In this document: positions 9,723 through 19,342 of the stretch, one piece after another
How positions within the stretch are numbered: the stretch's first letter is position 1
Layout of the letters: each line of letters starts with the position of its first letter
Notes under the pieces: generated by a model
The model's database searches: none
What the model saw: the letters and a program-made list of their open reading frames with translations, nothing else
Told to the model about the DNA's origin: nothing
Translations under genes and position numbers: made by a program
Source of the DNA: a virus
Taxonomy: Duplodnaviria > Caudoviricetes
Reading direction: 5' to 3' (one strand)
Virus record (IMG/VR): IMGVR_UViG_3300048851_000215
Coordinates: 1-55,189 of that record
Length of the DNA stretch: 55,189 bases

Positions 9723-10283
9723 ATGCAGCAGCAACAGGATACGCGGGTGGTCGCGATCGACCTCTCGCTCACCGGGACAGGCCTCGCCTTCCCGGGCCTC
9801 GACGGGGCCGTCGTCACGACGACCGTCGGCGAGAAGAACACCTCCCCCACCATCGAGCAGTACCTCGACCGAGTCGACCGCCTCGCCCACAAAATCATCG
9901 ATGCCTCCCAGATCTGCTCCGGCGACCGAGTCGTCGTCGAGGGCCTCTCCCTCCACTCGAAGTCGAGCAGCCTCGACCGCATCTTCGCGTCGTGGTGGCT
10001 CGTCGTGAAAGAGCTCATCGCCACGACCGGCAGCGCCCCCGTCGTCGTCACGCCGCAGCAGCGCGCGCAGTACGCCACGGGAAAGGGCAGCTCGTCGAAA
10101 GACACCGTGATGCTCGCCACAGCCAAGCGCTACCCCGGCGTCGACATCCGGAACAACAACGAGGCTGACGCGCTCGTGCTGTACGCCATGGCGCGGCGCC
10201 AACTCGGTCGGCCACTGGAGGACTCGCTGCCGCTCACACACCTCAAGGTCTTGGCGAACGTCGCCTGGTGGGGAACGGACTGA
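9723..10283 (+). CDS. RuvC-like Holliday junction resolvase
   Basis: AIDLSLTGTG, VVVEG, YATGKG..SK, NEADA. Confidence 0.85.
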   Translation: MQQQQDTRVVAIDLSLTGTGLAFPGLDGAVVTTTVGEKNTSPTIEQYLDRVDRLAHKIIDASQICSGDRVVVEGLSLHSKSSSLDRIFASWWLVVKELIATTGSAPVVVTPQQRAQYATGKGSSSKDTVMLATAKRYPGVDIRNNNEADALVLYAMARRQLGRPLEDSLPLTHLKVLANVAWWGTD

Positions 10284-10789
10284 TGACCTCCTACTACCGC
10301 AAGGGCGAGTTCGTGCTGACGAACCGTGCCGGCGCAGCGCCGTACGCCACGATAAGCGGCCGCGCGACCTACACGAAGGACGAAGAGCTTCTCATCACGA
10401 GCGTCTCCGACCACCACCTCAACGTGAAGCGGGCCAACGGCTCCGGCTACGTCTTCCGAATCGGTCGCGATGCAGTGCGCCGCCCCGGCCGCCCTCTCGG
10501 CCAGGTGCCGGAGGGCAGCATTCCCGCCGACGACCCGCGCATCGCGTGGCTATTCGAGGACGCAATGCGTCTCGCCGACCGCCTCGGACTCTGCAGCGAC
10601 TTCGACCGAATCGCTGACGCCCTCGGAGTGCCAGGACGCACCCGGACCTTCAACATCAAGGTCGCAGTCGCGGAAGGCATCGAGATCACCGCGAAGGTCG
10701 AGGCCCGCAGCAAGAAGCAGGCGCAGCAGATCATCCTCGAGCAGATGCGAGTCGCGGAGCCATCGCAGCTGAAGCAGCTGAACGCCTGA
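10283..10789 (+). CDS. Hypothetical protein
   Basis: TGATG coupling. Confidence 0.6.
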   Translation: MTSYYRKGEFVLTNRAGAAPYATISGRATYTKDEELLITSVSDHHLNVKRANGSGYVFRIGRDAVRRPGRPLGQVPEGSIPADDPRIAWLFEDAMRLADRLGLCSDFDRIADALGVPGRTRTFNIKVAVAEGIEITAKVEARSKKQAQQIILEQMRVAEPSQLKQLNA

Positions 10790-10834
10790 CCCCCCGAACC
10801 ACAACCGAAGCACTCACAGAACGGAACCAACCTG

Positions 10835-11338
10835 ATGGCTGGAGAAACGATCATCACCGTCGTGGGGAACCTCACGAGCGACCCGGAGCTGCGATACACG
10901 CAGAACGGTCTCGCCGTGGCGAACTTCACCATCGCAAGCACCCCGCGCTCGTTCGACAGAGCGAGCAACGACTGGAAGGACGGCGACGCGCTGTTCCTCC
11001 GATGCTCCGTCTGGCGCGAGTTCGCCGAGCACGTCTCGGGCAGCCTCACCAAGGGCGCTCGGGTCATCGCCACCGGCCGGCTCACGCAGCGTTCGTACGA
11101 GACGAAGGAGGGCGAGAAGCGCACGAGTGTCGAGCTGCAGGTCGACGAAATCGGCCCATCCCTGCGATACGCCACCGCCCAGGTTGTCCGGGCGACGCGC
11201 GACACCCAGGCCAACGCCAACGCACCCGCCAGCTCTGCCCCCAGCGGCCAGGGCGAACAGTGGGCGGCCAGCCCGCCGTCGGCGAGCGGCGACGTGTGGA
11301 ACCAGCCCGGTTCGTACAGCGACGACACCCCGTTTTGA
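10835..11338 (+). CDS. ssb: Single-stranded DNA-binding protein
   Basis: [22 protein letters not shown], actinobacterial-type SSB, acidic DDTPF end. Confidence 0.97.
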   Translation: MAGETIITVVGNLTSDPELRYTQNGLAVANFTIASTPRSFDRASNDWKDGDALFLRCSVWREFAEHVSGSLTKGARVIATGRLTQRSYETKEGEKRTSVELQVDEIGPSLRYATAQVVRATRDTQANANAPASSAPSGQGEQWAASPPSASGDVWNQPGSYSDDTPF

Positions 11339-11346
11339 GGACCGCC

Positions 11347-12075
11347 ATGACCGAACTTGTTTGCGCCACCAACTTCACCCAACTTCTGCCCGCCCACCTC
11401 TCCCGCCATCGGTGCACCGTGCGCGACCAGCACCTCGAGACGTGCCTCGATGAAGCATGCGGGGGGTGCCTCCCCCGGCGGGCAGCTCGTGGATATCTCT
11501 GCCAGCACTGCTACGAGAAGCTCGACGAGGCCCTTCGGGTCACAGCCCAGCTCGTGGAGCAGCTTCGGTCAGCGACGGTCGGTCGCGCTCCCTCCGAGGA
11601 CCGAGTCTCCGCTTCCATGAAGTGGACTTTGCCAGGCCCGGAAGAATGGCGGGCGGCCGACGAACTCATGGAGGCGCTCGGTGCTCCTCAGCTTCCCTCG
11701 ACAGCCACCCCAGCACAGGCTCGCGTCGCCGCGCGTGAAGCGGTTGCGCTGTGGTCCGATCCCGAGCGGAACGTCTCGACGATCCTCGGTGCCGTCCGCG
11801 CCGTCGAGTACTTCACCCGAGTGCAGACAATCATGCACCGTTGGCCGGAGGCCGAGTCGGAGCGTGTTCTGCCGGATCGCATGCGTTGCCACCAATGCCA
11901 GCAGCGCGGCCTCATCCGGAGGTCGCCGCTGGAGTACCTCGACGACGTCGAAGTGGTGTGCCCTGCGTGTCATCACGTTCATGACTGGTGGCAGCTCACC
12001 GGTCAGATCACCGCGGCAGCGACCGCTCAGATAGCCGCAGACGCGGCCGCCGCGAAGAGGAAGAAGAAGAAGTGA
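11347..12075 (+). CDS. Cys-rich zinc-ribbon phage protein
   Basis: GAGGA RBS; several CxxC pairs. Confidence 0.65.
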   Translation: MTELVCATNFTQLLPAHLSRHRCTVRDQHLETCLDEACGGCLPRRAARGYLCQHCYEKLDEALRVTAQLVEQLRSATVGRAPSEDRVSASMKWTLPGPEEWRAADELMEALGAPQLPSTATPAQARVAAREAVALWSDPERNVSTILGAVRAVEYFTRVQTIMHRWPEAESERVLPDRMRCHQCQQRGLIRRSPLEYLDDVEVVCPACHHVHDWWQLTGQITAAATAQIAADAAAAKRKKKK

Positions 12076-12326
12076 ATTCGCATGTCGCACGAGTCGGTCT
12101 GGCCGAGGTCGAGGTGGTGCCGGAGTTCGGTGTTTTCCGTCTGTATGCGAGCGGGTACGGCCGCGATTCAATCCCGATTGCCACGTTCGATTCAGCTGTG
12201 GCGGCATCCGTGTTCCTGGCGTTGCTGAGGTCCGGGGCCTCGGATGTTCGGAGGGTGCCGGCGACCCCTCTCGATGAGGCTGAGGTGTTCCTGGCGGGGC
12301 CGATCGAAGCCATCTTGCTTGCGTAG
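12072..12326 (+). CDS. Hypothetical protein
   Basis: GTGA overlap with upstream stop. Confidence 0.45.
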   Translation: MNSHVARVGLAEVEVVPEFGVFRLYASGYGRDSIPIATFDSAVAASVFLALLRSGASDVRRVPATPLDEAEVFLAGPIEAILLA

Positions 12327-12329
12327 CTT

Positions 12330-12387
12330 TATTGCATATGCGCTACCGCGTGTCTCTCTTGTGCTCGTTTATTGCATATGCCATAGT
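12330..12387 (+). promoter_or_regulatory. Second copy of the operator/promoter cassette
   Basis: GCATATGC at 12334 and 12374; TTGTGC(12359)-17 bp-CATAGT(12382). Confidence 0.8.
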
Positions 12388-12421
12388 CAGAAGACATTGA
12401 CGAATTTGAAGGGATTCGAAC

Positions 12422-12541
12422 ATGATGCTCGACGCAGATGACCCGATGGCACCTACACAGCCGACCATGACTCTGGCGGGTGTGGCCCTGTTCTTCGGGA
12501 TCATCGCCCTCGCCCTTGGCTTCGCGCTGGTGATCCTGTGA
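12422..12541 (+). CDS. Small single-pass membrane protein
   Basis: Hand-translated ...LAGVALFFGIIALALGFALVIL; GTGA coupling downstream. Confidence 0.5.
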   Translation: MMLDADDPMAPTQPTMTLAGVALFFGIIALALGFALVIL

Positions 12542-12777
12542 ACCTCGGCGCCGTACTGGCCCGGGTCGCGATGCCCCTGCTCGCTCCCACTCCCACCCGA
12601 TTCGCGGTCTTCCACTACACCCGCACCAACGACCGATTCGGCGAGGACGACCGCGAGCCGACGGAGTGGGTCTTCGACACGTTCGACGAAGCCGCCGACA
12701 AAGCGGAAGACCTCGACGCGGCAGACACCCGCTCCGGCCACTGGTACGGCGTCGATGACGAGGAGCCGCCGGCATGA
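12538..12777 (+). CDS. Hypothetical protein
   Basis: Coupled at both ends. Confidence 0.55.
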   Translation: MNLGAVLARVAMPLLAPTPTRFAVFHYTRTNDRFGEDDREPTEWVFDTFDEAADKAEDLDAADTRSGHWYGVDDEEPPA

Positions 12778-12959
12778 TCCTCGACCGCATCCTCACCATG
12801 GTCACCGCCGCACTCGGACTGGCCGCCATGATCGCCGCCGTCACCGTGCCGTTCACCGGCCTCCCATTCGTCTTGGCCATCTCCGCTATCGCGGCGGCGC
12901 TGCTGCTGTGGCTCGTGCACAAGACGATCACCGCGACCCAGAAAGCGAACCACTCGTGA
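12774..12959 (+). CDS. Small two-TM membrane protein
   Basis: Two hydrophobic segments; coupled at both ends. Confidence 0.6.
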   Translation: MILDRILTMVTAALGLAAMIAAVTVPFTGLPFVLAISAIAAALLLWLVHKTITATQKANHS

Positions 12960-15538
12960 CCCTGCTCACCCTCAACACGGGCGCCGATCCCGCGCTCGAC
13001 TATGACGCGTTCATCCGCGAAAAGGTCGCCTTCGACCGCACCTTCGGCTTCGACGTCGAGGACTCCGAGATCAGCCCCATCCTCAAACCGCATCAGCGAG
13101 CGCTCGTGCGCTGGGCTGTGAAGGGCGGACGCCGCGCGATCTTCGCGAAGTTCGGACTGGGCAAGTCGATCATGCAGCTCGAAGCTCTCCGGCTGACCTT
13201 GACCCAGAAGGCTTCTGCTGTGCGCGGCGGTCGCGCGCTCATCGTCGCGCCGCTCCGCGTGCAGCGCGAGTTCATCCGGGACGCGGGCATGCTGCTGGGC
13301 ATCGAGGCCCGATTCATCAAGCGCACCGAGCAGATTGACGCCACATGGTCGGGCATATACGTCACGAACTACGAGAGTGTGCGCGACCACAAGCTCGACG
13401 TCGACCTGTTCGGAGCCGTCTCCCTTGATGAGGCGGCGGTGCTCGCCGCGTTCGGCTCCGACACCGCGCAGGCCATGCTCAGCATGTTCGAGCAGACCAC
13501 CTACCGCTTCCTGGCGACCGCCACCCCCTCGCCGAACGAGTACCTCGAGCTGATCAACTACGCAGCCTTCCTCGGCGTCATGGACCGCGGCGCCGCGCTG
13601 ACGCGCTTTTTCCAGCGCGACAGCTCCCATGCCGGCAACCTCACGCTGTACCCGCACAAGGAGGCCGAGTTCTGGCTGTGGCTGAACACCTGGGCATCCT
13701 TCCTCCAGAAGCCGTCCGACCTCGGCTTCTCCGACGAGGGCTACGAGCTGCCCGAGCTCGTCGTACACTGGCACGAGGTCGACGTCGACATCGCCTCGAC
13801 CCGCACCGAGCGCGACGGCCAGGGGGTCATGTTCCGTGGAGGCGCGATGTCCGCTGTCGACGCCGCACGCGAGAAGCGCGACACCGTAGCCGATCGGGTC
13901 GACAAGCTGATGGCCATCGTGCGCGAGCACCGCGCGACCACACCCGACGACCAGATCATCCTGTGGTGCGACCTCGACGCCGAGCAGAACGCAATCGAGA
14001 AGGCGCTGGCCGCCGAGGGCCTGACGTTCTCGTCCGTGCACGGGAAGCTCACCGACGAAGAGACCGAGCGGCGCCTCGACGAATGGTGTGATCGCGAGAC
14101 GTACGCGCTGATCGGCAAGCCGGTCATGCTCGGGCAGGGCATGAACCTGCAGCAGGCGTGCACCGCGGTGTTCGTCGGCGTCACCTACAAGTTCCGCTTC
14201 ACAATTCAGGCGATCCACCGTCAGTACCGCTTCGGCCAGACCCGCCCGGTCGAGGTGCATCTGATCCTCGCCGAGACGGAGACCGAGGTCCGGGACCGGC
14301 TGCAGGAGAAGTGGGCGAAGCACGACCAGCTGACCGACAAGATGAGCTCGATCATCCGCACCTACGCACTCTCAGCCCTCGCAGTCTCGCAGGAGCTGAC
14401 CCGAGCCATGGGCGTCACGCGCGAGCTCCACACCGGCGACGACTGGACCATCGCACTCAACGACTCTGTCGTCGAGGCGCGCGACCACATGGCCGACGAC
14501 TCGGTTGGCCTGATCGTCACCTCGATCCCCTTCGGCAACCACTTCGAGTACTCGCTGAACTACGCCGACTTCGGACACACCGACGACTCGGAAGAGTTCT
14601 GGTGGCAGAACGACTTCCTGACCCCATCGCTGTACCGGGTGCTGCAGCCTGGCCGCATCCTCGCCGTCCACGTGAAGGACCGGATGCTCTACGGCAAGGG
14701 CACCGGGAAGGGCCGCTACACCGTCTCCCCCCTCCACGCTGAGGCGATCGCTCACTACTCCGAGCACGGCTTCGACTACTACGGCATGATCACCGTCACG
14801 ACCGACGTCGTGCGCGAGAACAACCAGACCTACCGTCTCGGCTACTCGAAGATGCTGAAGGACCACACGCCGATGGGCGTCGGGTCACCCGAGTACGTGC
14901 TGCTGTTCGGGAAACCGCAGACCGACCGGTCGAAGGGCTGGGCCGACACCCGCGTTGAGAAGCAGCGCGAGGCCTACTCGGTCGGGCAGTGGCAGATCGA
15001 CGCAGCCGGCGAGTGGCGCACCGGTGGCAACCGGGTGCTGGGGCTCACCGAGCTGATGCAGCTGGACCCGCAGTCCCGCTTGAGGCTCTTCACCGAGCAG
15101 TCGCTCCGCACGGTCTACGACTACGAGGCGCACGTGCAGCTGGCCACCGAGCTCGCCGCGAAGAAGGCGCTCCCGTCGACGTTCGCGTCGCTCGTGCCCG
15201 GCTCGTGGCGCGATGACGTGTGGACCGACATCCTCCGCATCGAGACCCTGAACTCGGACCAGCGCCGCCGCAACGTGGAGCAGCACATCTGCCCGTTCCC
15301 GCTCGACATCCCCCGCCGCCTCATCAACATGTACTCGAACCCGGGCGACGTCGTCTACGACCCGTTCAGCGGGCTCGGATCGACCGTGCTCTGTGCGGTC
15401 CAGGCCGGCCGCCGCGGCTACGGCTCCGAGCTCAACCCGGCATCTGCCGCTGACTCGCTCGTCTACTTGCGTCGGCACGACACTCGCGCGTCGGTCCCTA
15501 CCTTGTTCGATCTGCTCGATCTGGAGGACGCATCGTGA
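12956..15538 (+). CDS. SNF2-like helicase fused to amino (N4/N6) DNA methyltransferase
   Basis: GLGKS, LDEAA, TATP, QAIHRQYRFGQ; then VTSIPF and VYDPFSGLGST. Confidence 0.9.
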   Translation: MTLLTLNTGADPALDYDAFIREKVAFDRTFGFDVEDSEISPILKPHQRALVRWAVKGGRRAIFAKFGLGKSIMQLEALRLTLTQKASAVRGGRALIVAPLRVQREFIRDAGMLLGIEARFIKRTEQIDATWSGIYVTNYESVRDHKLDVDLFGAVSLDEAAVLAAFGSDTAQAMLSMFEQTTYRFLATATPSPNEYLELINYAAFLGVMDRGAALTRFFQRDSSHAGNLTLYPHKEAEFWLWLNTWASFLQKPSDLGFSDEGYELPELVVHWHEVDVDIASTRTERDGQGVMFRGGAMSAVDAAREKRDTVADRVDKLMAIVREHRATTPDDQIILWCDLDAEQNAIEKALAAEGLTFSSVHGKLTDEETERRLDEWCDRETYALIGKPVMLGQGMNLQQACTAVFVGVTYKFRFTIQAIHRQYRFGQTRPVEVHLILAETETEVRDRLQEKWAKHDQLTDKMSSIIRTYALSALAVSQELTRAMGVTRELHTGDDWTIALNDSVVEARDHMADDSVGLIVTSIPFGNHFEYSLNYADFGHTDDSEEFWWQNDFLTPSLYRVLQPGRILAVHVKDRMLYGKGTGKGRYTVSPLHAEAIAHYSEHGFDYYGMITVTTDVVRENNQTYRLGYSKMLKDHTPMGVGSPEYVLLFGKPQTDRSKGWADTRVEKQREAYSVGQWQIDAAGEWRTGGNRVLGLTELMQLDPQSRLRLFTEQSLRTVYDYEAHVQLATELAAKKALPSTFASLVPGSWRDDVWTDILRIETLNSDQRRRNVEQHICPFPLDIPRRLINMYSNPGDVVYDPFSGLGSTVLCAVQAGRRGYGSELNPASAADSLVYLRRHDTRASVPTLFDLLDLEDAS

Positions 15539-15554
15539 GCTCGTTTCGAACCGA

Positions 15555-15911
15555 CTATTCCTCTTCGGACGTTGCGCCGGAGAAAGCGCGCATTGACAAC
15601 GAGACGACGACCCCGATCACGAGCACTCCGAGCAATGCGGCCATCAGTCCCACGAACGTCGCCTCTCCGCCCACGAGAGGTCTGCCACTTGACACTGCAA
15701 CCACACAGAACGCGACCGCGAGAACCGAGGCCCCTCCGATCAATCCGCTAGCCGCGAATCGTACCCACCACCAGACCTGCCGTGCCCGCCTCATGCCGCC
15801 TCGCCCGCGCGGAAAGGCCTCCGCCCCAAGCGCCCGCCGTTCGACGGCGAGGACCAATACACCTACGAGGAGCAGTTGCGCTATGAGTCCCGCACCGTCT
15901 TGGCTAATCAT
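15555..15911 (-). CDS. Three-TM membrane protein, antisense to the operon
   Basis: Three hydrophobic segments; overlaps an open + frame (15535-15942). Confidence 0.55.
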   Translation of the reverse strand: MISQDGAGLIAQLLLVGVLVLAVERRALGAEAFPRGRGGMRRARQVWWWVRFAASGLIGGASVLAVAFCVVAVSSGRPLVGGEATFVGLMAALLGVLVIGVVVSLSMRAFSGATSEEE

Positions 15912-15938
15912 GGACCCGACTCTACCGGCGGTGATCGC

Positions 15939-17849
15939 ATGATCACGGTCACCGACCTTTTCGCCGGCGCGGGCGGCTCGTCAACCGGCATGACCCAGAT
16001 CCCGGGCGTCGAGATCAAGATCGCTGCGAACCACTGGCAGCTCGTCACTGACATCCACAACCTCAACCACCCCGACACCGACCACGCTGTGGTCGACCTG
16101 CATCAGGAGCAGCCGTCGTTCTTCCCCAAGACCGACGTGCTCTGGGCCTCGCCCGAATGCACGAAGTGGTCGCAGGCCAGCGGCACCGCGAAGCCCGCCA
16201 TCGAGGAGGGTCTCTTCGAAGACCCGCTCTCCGACGACGCGAAGACCCGCTCCCGGCTGCTGATGTTCGACGTGCTCAAGTTCATCGAGTACCACCGCTA
16301 CCGCCTCGTCATCGTCGAGAACGTCGTCGACATCGCCACACAGGCGAAGTACCGCACGGCCTGGACCGTGTGGCGTGAGGAGCTTCGCGCGCTCGGCTAC
16401 GCCTTCCGCGTGATCTCCCTCAACTCGATGCACGCGCAGCTGTTCGGCGACCCCGCCCCGCAGTCCCGTGACCGGATCTACATCGTTGCCTGGCCCGAAG
16501 GCGAGAAGGCACCCGACCTCGACCGGGCGCTGCGCCCGCACGCGCCGTGCTCGCGCTGCAACACCGTCGTCGAGGCGGTGCAGTCGTTCAAGCCGGGCCG
16601 CACCGTGGGTCGCTACAAGCAGGCCTACATCTACTGCTGCGCCGGATGCGGCAAGGCAGTCGAGCCGTTCTGGCTCCCGGCCGCCGCCGCGATCGACTGG
16701 TCGCTCCCCGGCGAGCGCATCGGCGACCGGGAGAAGCCGCTCGCCGACAAGACGCTCGCGCGCATCGCCGCTGGCATCGCTCGCTACTGGGGCGACACCT
16801 TCACGCTCGAAGCCGCAGGAAACACCTACGACGCCGCCGACCCCGCACACCGCCGCCACGGCGACCCCGAGGGGTACATGCGCGCCTGGCCGACGACCGA
16901 CCCGCTCATGGCGCTGCACACCACGAACTCGAAGGGCCTGGCAGTGCCCGTCGATGGTCGCGAGGGGAAGGCCGCTCATCCGGTCGACGACGCGCTGCGC
17001 ACGCAAACCACTCGCCTCGAGACTGCCCTCGCGCAGCCACCGTTCGTCGCCGAGATGTATGGCACGAGCACCGCGCGGCCGGTGACGGAACCCGCCGGCA
17101 CCTTCACCGCAGGCGGCAACCACCACGCGCTGGTGATGTCGTACTACTCCCGCGACAACGCGATCCAGCCCACGAGCGACCCGGTGCCGACGATCACGAC
17201 TGAGCCCCGCCATGCGCTACTGCAGCCGTTCGTCACCCAGTTCCGTGAGCGCACCGACCGCAACCTCGACCCCGCAGTAGACCCTCTCCACACCCTCGTC
17301 GCGGACGGCGCGAGCCACGCGCTCGTCCAGCCCTACTTCGGCACTGCGAAGGAGGGCAAGCCTGCCAGCGAACCGCTCGGAACCCTCACCACTGTGGATC
17401 GCTACGCACTCCTCATGGACAACCAACACAGCAACCGCTCGCGCCCCGTCGCGGAGGCCATGCCGACGCTCACGACCGCGACGACGAAGGCGCTCGTGCA
17501 CCGTCATAACGGCGGCGGCGCCGAGATGACCACGCCCGTCGATGAGGAACTGCGGACCCTCACCACGGGCGGCAACGTCTCCCTGCTGCAGTCGAAGCGG
17601 CAGGTGACGGCGAAGGACCTCGCGGCCGCGCGCGAGCTCGTACCCGACGTGCTCTTCCGGATGTTCGTGCCCCGCGAGGTCGCCGCCGGCATGGCGTTCC
17701 CCACCGACTACAAGTGGCAGCCGCCGAACAGGCTCCGCCCGGTGTCGAATCGTGACCTCGTGAAGGCCGCCGGCAACGCAGTCACCCCTCCCTCTGCGCG
17801 CGACCTGCTCGGCGTGGCCGTGGTCGATCTCATGGGAGCGGCGGCATGA
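15939..17849 (+). CDS. DNA cytosine-5 methyltransferase
   Basis: DLFAGAGG, SPEC, ENV, QSRDRIY, AGNAV; repeated PxxTxT units. Confidence 0.93.
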   Translation: MITVTDLFAGAGGSSTGMTQIPGVEIKIAANHWQLVTDIHNLNHPDTDHAVVDLHQEQPSFFPKTDVLWASPECTKWSQASGTAKPAIEEGLFEDPLSDDAKTRSRLLMFDVLKFIEYHRYRLVIVENVVDIATQAKYRTAWTVWREELRALGYAFRVISLNSMHAQLFGDPAPQSRDRIYIVAWPEGEKAPDLDRALRPHAPCSRCNTVVEAVQSFKPGRTVGRYKQAYIYCCAGCGKAVEPFWLPAAAAIDWSLPGERIGDREKPLADKTLARIAAGIARYWGDTFTLEAAGNTYDAADPAHRRHGDPEGYMRAWPTTDPLMALHTTNSKGLAVPVDGREGKAAHPVDDALRTQTTRLETALAQPPFVAEMYGTSTARPVTEPAGTFTAGGNHHALVMSYYSRDNAIQPTSDPVPTITTEPRHALLQPFVTQFRERTDRNLDPAVDPLHTLVADGASHALVQPYFGTAKEGKPASEPLGTLTTVDRYALLMDNQHSNRSRPVAEAMPTLTTATTKALVHRHNGGGAEMTTPVDEELRTLTTGGNVSLLQSKRQVTAKDLAAARELVPDVLFRMFVPREVAAGMAFPTDYKWQPPNRLRPVSNRDLVKAAGNAVTPPSARDLLGVAVVDLMGAAA

Positions 17850-18058
17850 AGCCGCGACGGCCGCACCGTCCGCGCACGATCACGCTCGTGCCCACGTTCA
17901 CGAACCCGCGCTCGAGCAAGACGCCCGCGCCGGCCCCGCTCGTCGGCCTGTTCTACGGCAAGACCGAGGGATGGTGGTTCATCCACGTCGATGGCACCAC
18001 CCATGCCAAGCCGCGCGCTGATTGGCGCGAGGCGTCGGGGCAGGAGGCGCTGCAGTGA
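17846..18058 (+). CDS. Hypothetical protein
   Basis: ATGA coupling. Confidence 0.5.
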   Translation: MKPRRPHRPRTITLVPTFTNPRSSKTPAPAPLVGLFYGKTEGWWFIHVDGTTHAKPRADWREASGQEALQ

Positions 18059-18159
18059 CCCGTCTGGAGCCTGACGAGGTGCAGCAGGTGCGCGACGTGC
18101 GCGCGAAGGCGGCAGCACTGTCGGTGGCCGCGCTCGAATCAGCAGAAGGGGCGACGTGA
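18055..18159 (+). CDS. Small hypothetical protein (34 aa)
   Basis: Hand-translated MTRLEPDEVQQVRDV...; coupled at both ends. Confidence 0.4.
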   Translation: MTRLEPDEVQQVRDVRAKAAALSVAALESAEGAT

Positions 18160-18881
18160 TGCGCACCATTGTCACCGCCGAGTATGGCTCTCGCGCTGTC
18201 GGAGTTGCCACCGAGGACTCAGACCACGACCTGATGTCGGTCGTCATCGAACACCGCGAGTGTGTGACCGGCATCGAATCAATCGACACGGCCACGACGA
18301 GCACGGCGGGGCCCGGGCAGCGCTCTACCCGAGAGGACACTGACACCACCCGCTACCCGCTGCAGAAATGGGCGCGCCTTGCCACGGCAGGCAACCCCAC
18401 CGTCCTGTCGTTGCTGTTCATCGACAACCCCATCGAGACGTCGGCGGCATGGGAGCAGCTGCTCGGCACGCGTGGGGCGTTCATCTCGCGGGAGGCCGGC
18501 CGGAAGTTCCGCGGCTACTCGTGGGGTCAGCGGCAGGCCATGGTGGGCCAGCGGAACAAGCGGACGAACCGGCCAGAGCTCGTGCACAGGCACGGCTACG
18601 ACACGAAGTTCGGTTACCACATGGTGCGTACGGCCATGCAGGGCGTGGAGCTGATGAACACGGGCGCCCTGACATTGCCGATGAAACCCGGGGAGGTGGG
18701 TCTCCTGCGATCGATCCGTGAGGGGCTCGTGACGAAAGACTCGGTGCTCGCTCTCGCTCAGCAGCTCGACAACGATCTTGATGTGGCCATCCGGCGCTCG
18801 GATCTTCCTGACCAGCCTGCCCGCTACCTCATCAACCGCGCCCTCCACCGGATCTATCTCGACGATTGGGCGAGTTCGTGA
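18159..18881 (+). CDS. Pol-beta-superfamily nucleotidyltransferase (RlaP-like)
   Basis: GSRAVGVATEDSDHD, GNPT, RPELV..HGYDTKFGYH. Confidence 0.85.
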   Translation: MRTIVTAEYGSRAVGVATEDSDHDLMSVVIEHRECVTGIESIDTATTSTAGPGQRSTREDTDTTRYPLQKWARLATAGNPTVLSLLFIDNPIETSAAWEQLLGTRGAFISREAGRKFRGYSWGQRQAMVGQRNKRTNRPELVHRHGYDTKFGYHMVRTAMQGVELMNTGALTLPMKPGEVGLLRSIREGLVTKDSVLALAQQLDNDLDVAIRRSDLPDQPARYLINRALHRIYLDDWASS

Positions 18882-19342
18882 ACCCGTGCGTGATTGTCGA
18901 CGTCGACGGAACCCTCGCCGACGTGTCGGGCATCCGGCACTACGTCCTTGATGACCCGCAACGGAAGCTGTTCGCGAAATTCCACGGCGCATCCGGGCTC
19001 GTCCCCCCAATCGCTGAAGTCGCCGCCGCGACCCGCGCCCTGCACACTGCCGGTCTCACGATCATCATCCTGACGTCACGACGGGAGCAGTGGCGGCACA
19101 CCACCCGCCGCTGGCTCACCAAGTGGGAGATCCCGTTCCACGCCCTCGGCATGCGCGCCGACCACGACGATCGCCGCGACGACGACGTGAAGCGTGACCT
19201 CCTGATCCGGATGCGTCACCTGTACGGAGTCGAGCCCGTGCTCGCCATCGATGACAACCCCACCGTGATCGCCCTGTGGCGATCGCTCGACATTCCCACC
19301 GTGCGCGTGCCCGGATGGGAGGAGGAGATCCGCAGACTATGA
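18878..19342 (+). CDS. HAD phosphatase like the PNKP 3'-phosphatase domain
   Basis: DVDGT, TSR, D.R.D..VK, IDDNP; no kinase domain. Confidence 0.85.
   Translation: MNPCVIVDVDGTLADVSGIRHYVLDDPQRKLFAKFHGASGLVPPIAEVAAATRALHTAGLTIIILTSRREQWRHTTRRWLTKWEIPFHALGMRADHDDRRDDDVKRDLLIRMRHLYGVEPVLAIDDNPTVIALWRSLDIPTVRVPGWEEEIRRL

Noticed and set aside
12329-14323. 664-aa minus-strand ORF
   Set aside because: Antisense shadow of the SNF2-MTase gene; no motifs; expected in high-GC DNA
12956-17849. Methyltransferases as a restriction-modification, BREX or DISARM system
   Set aside because: No restriction nuclease or other system genes adjacent; context is a phage early operon
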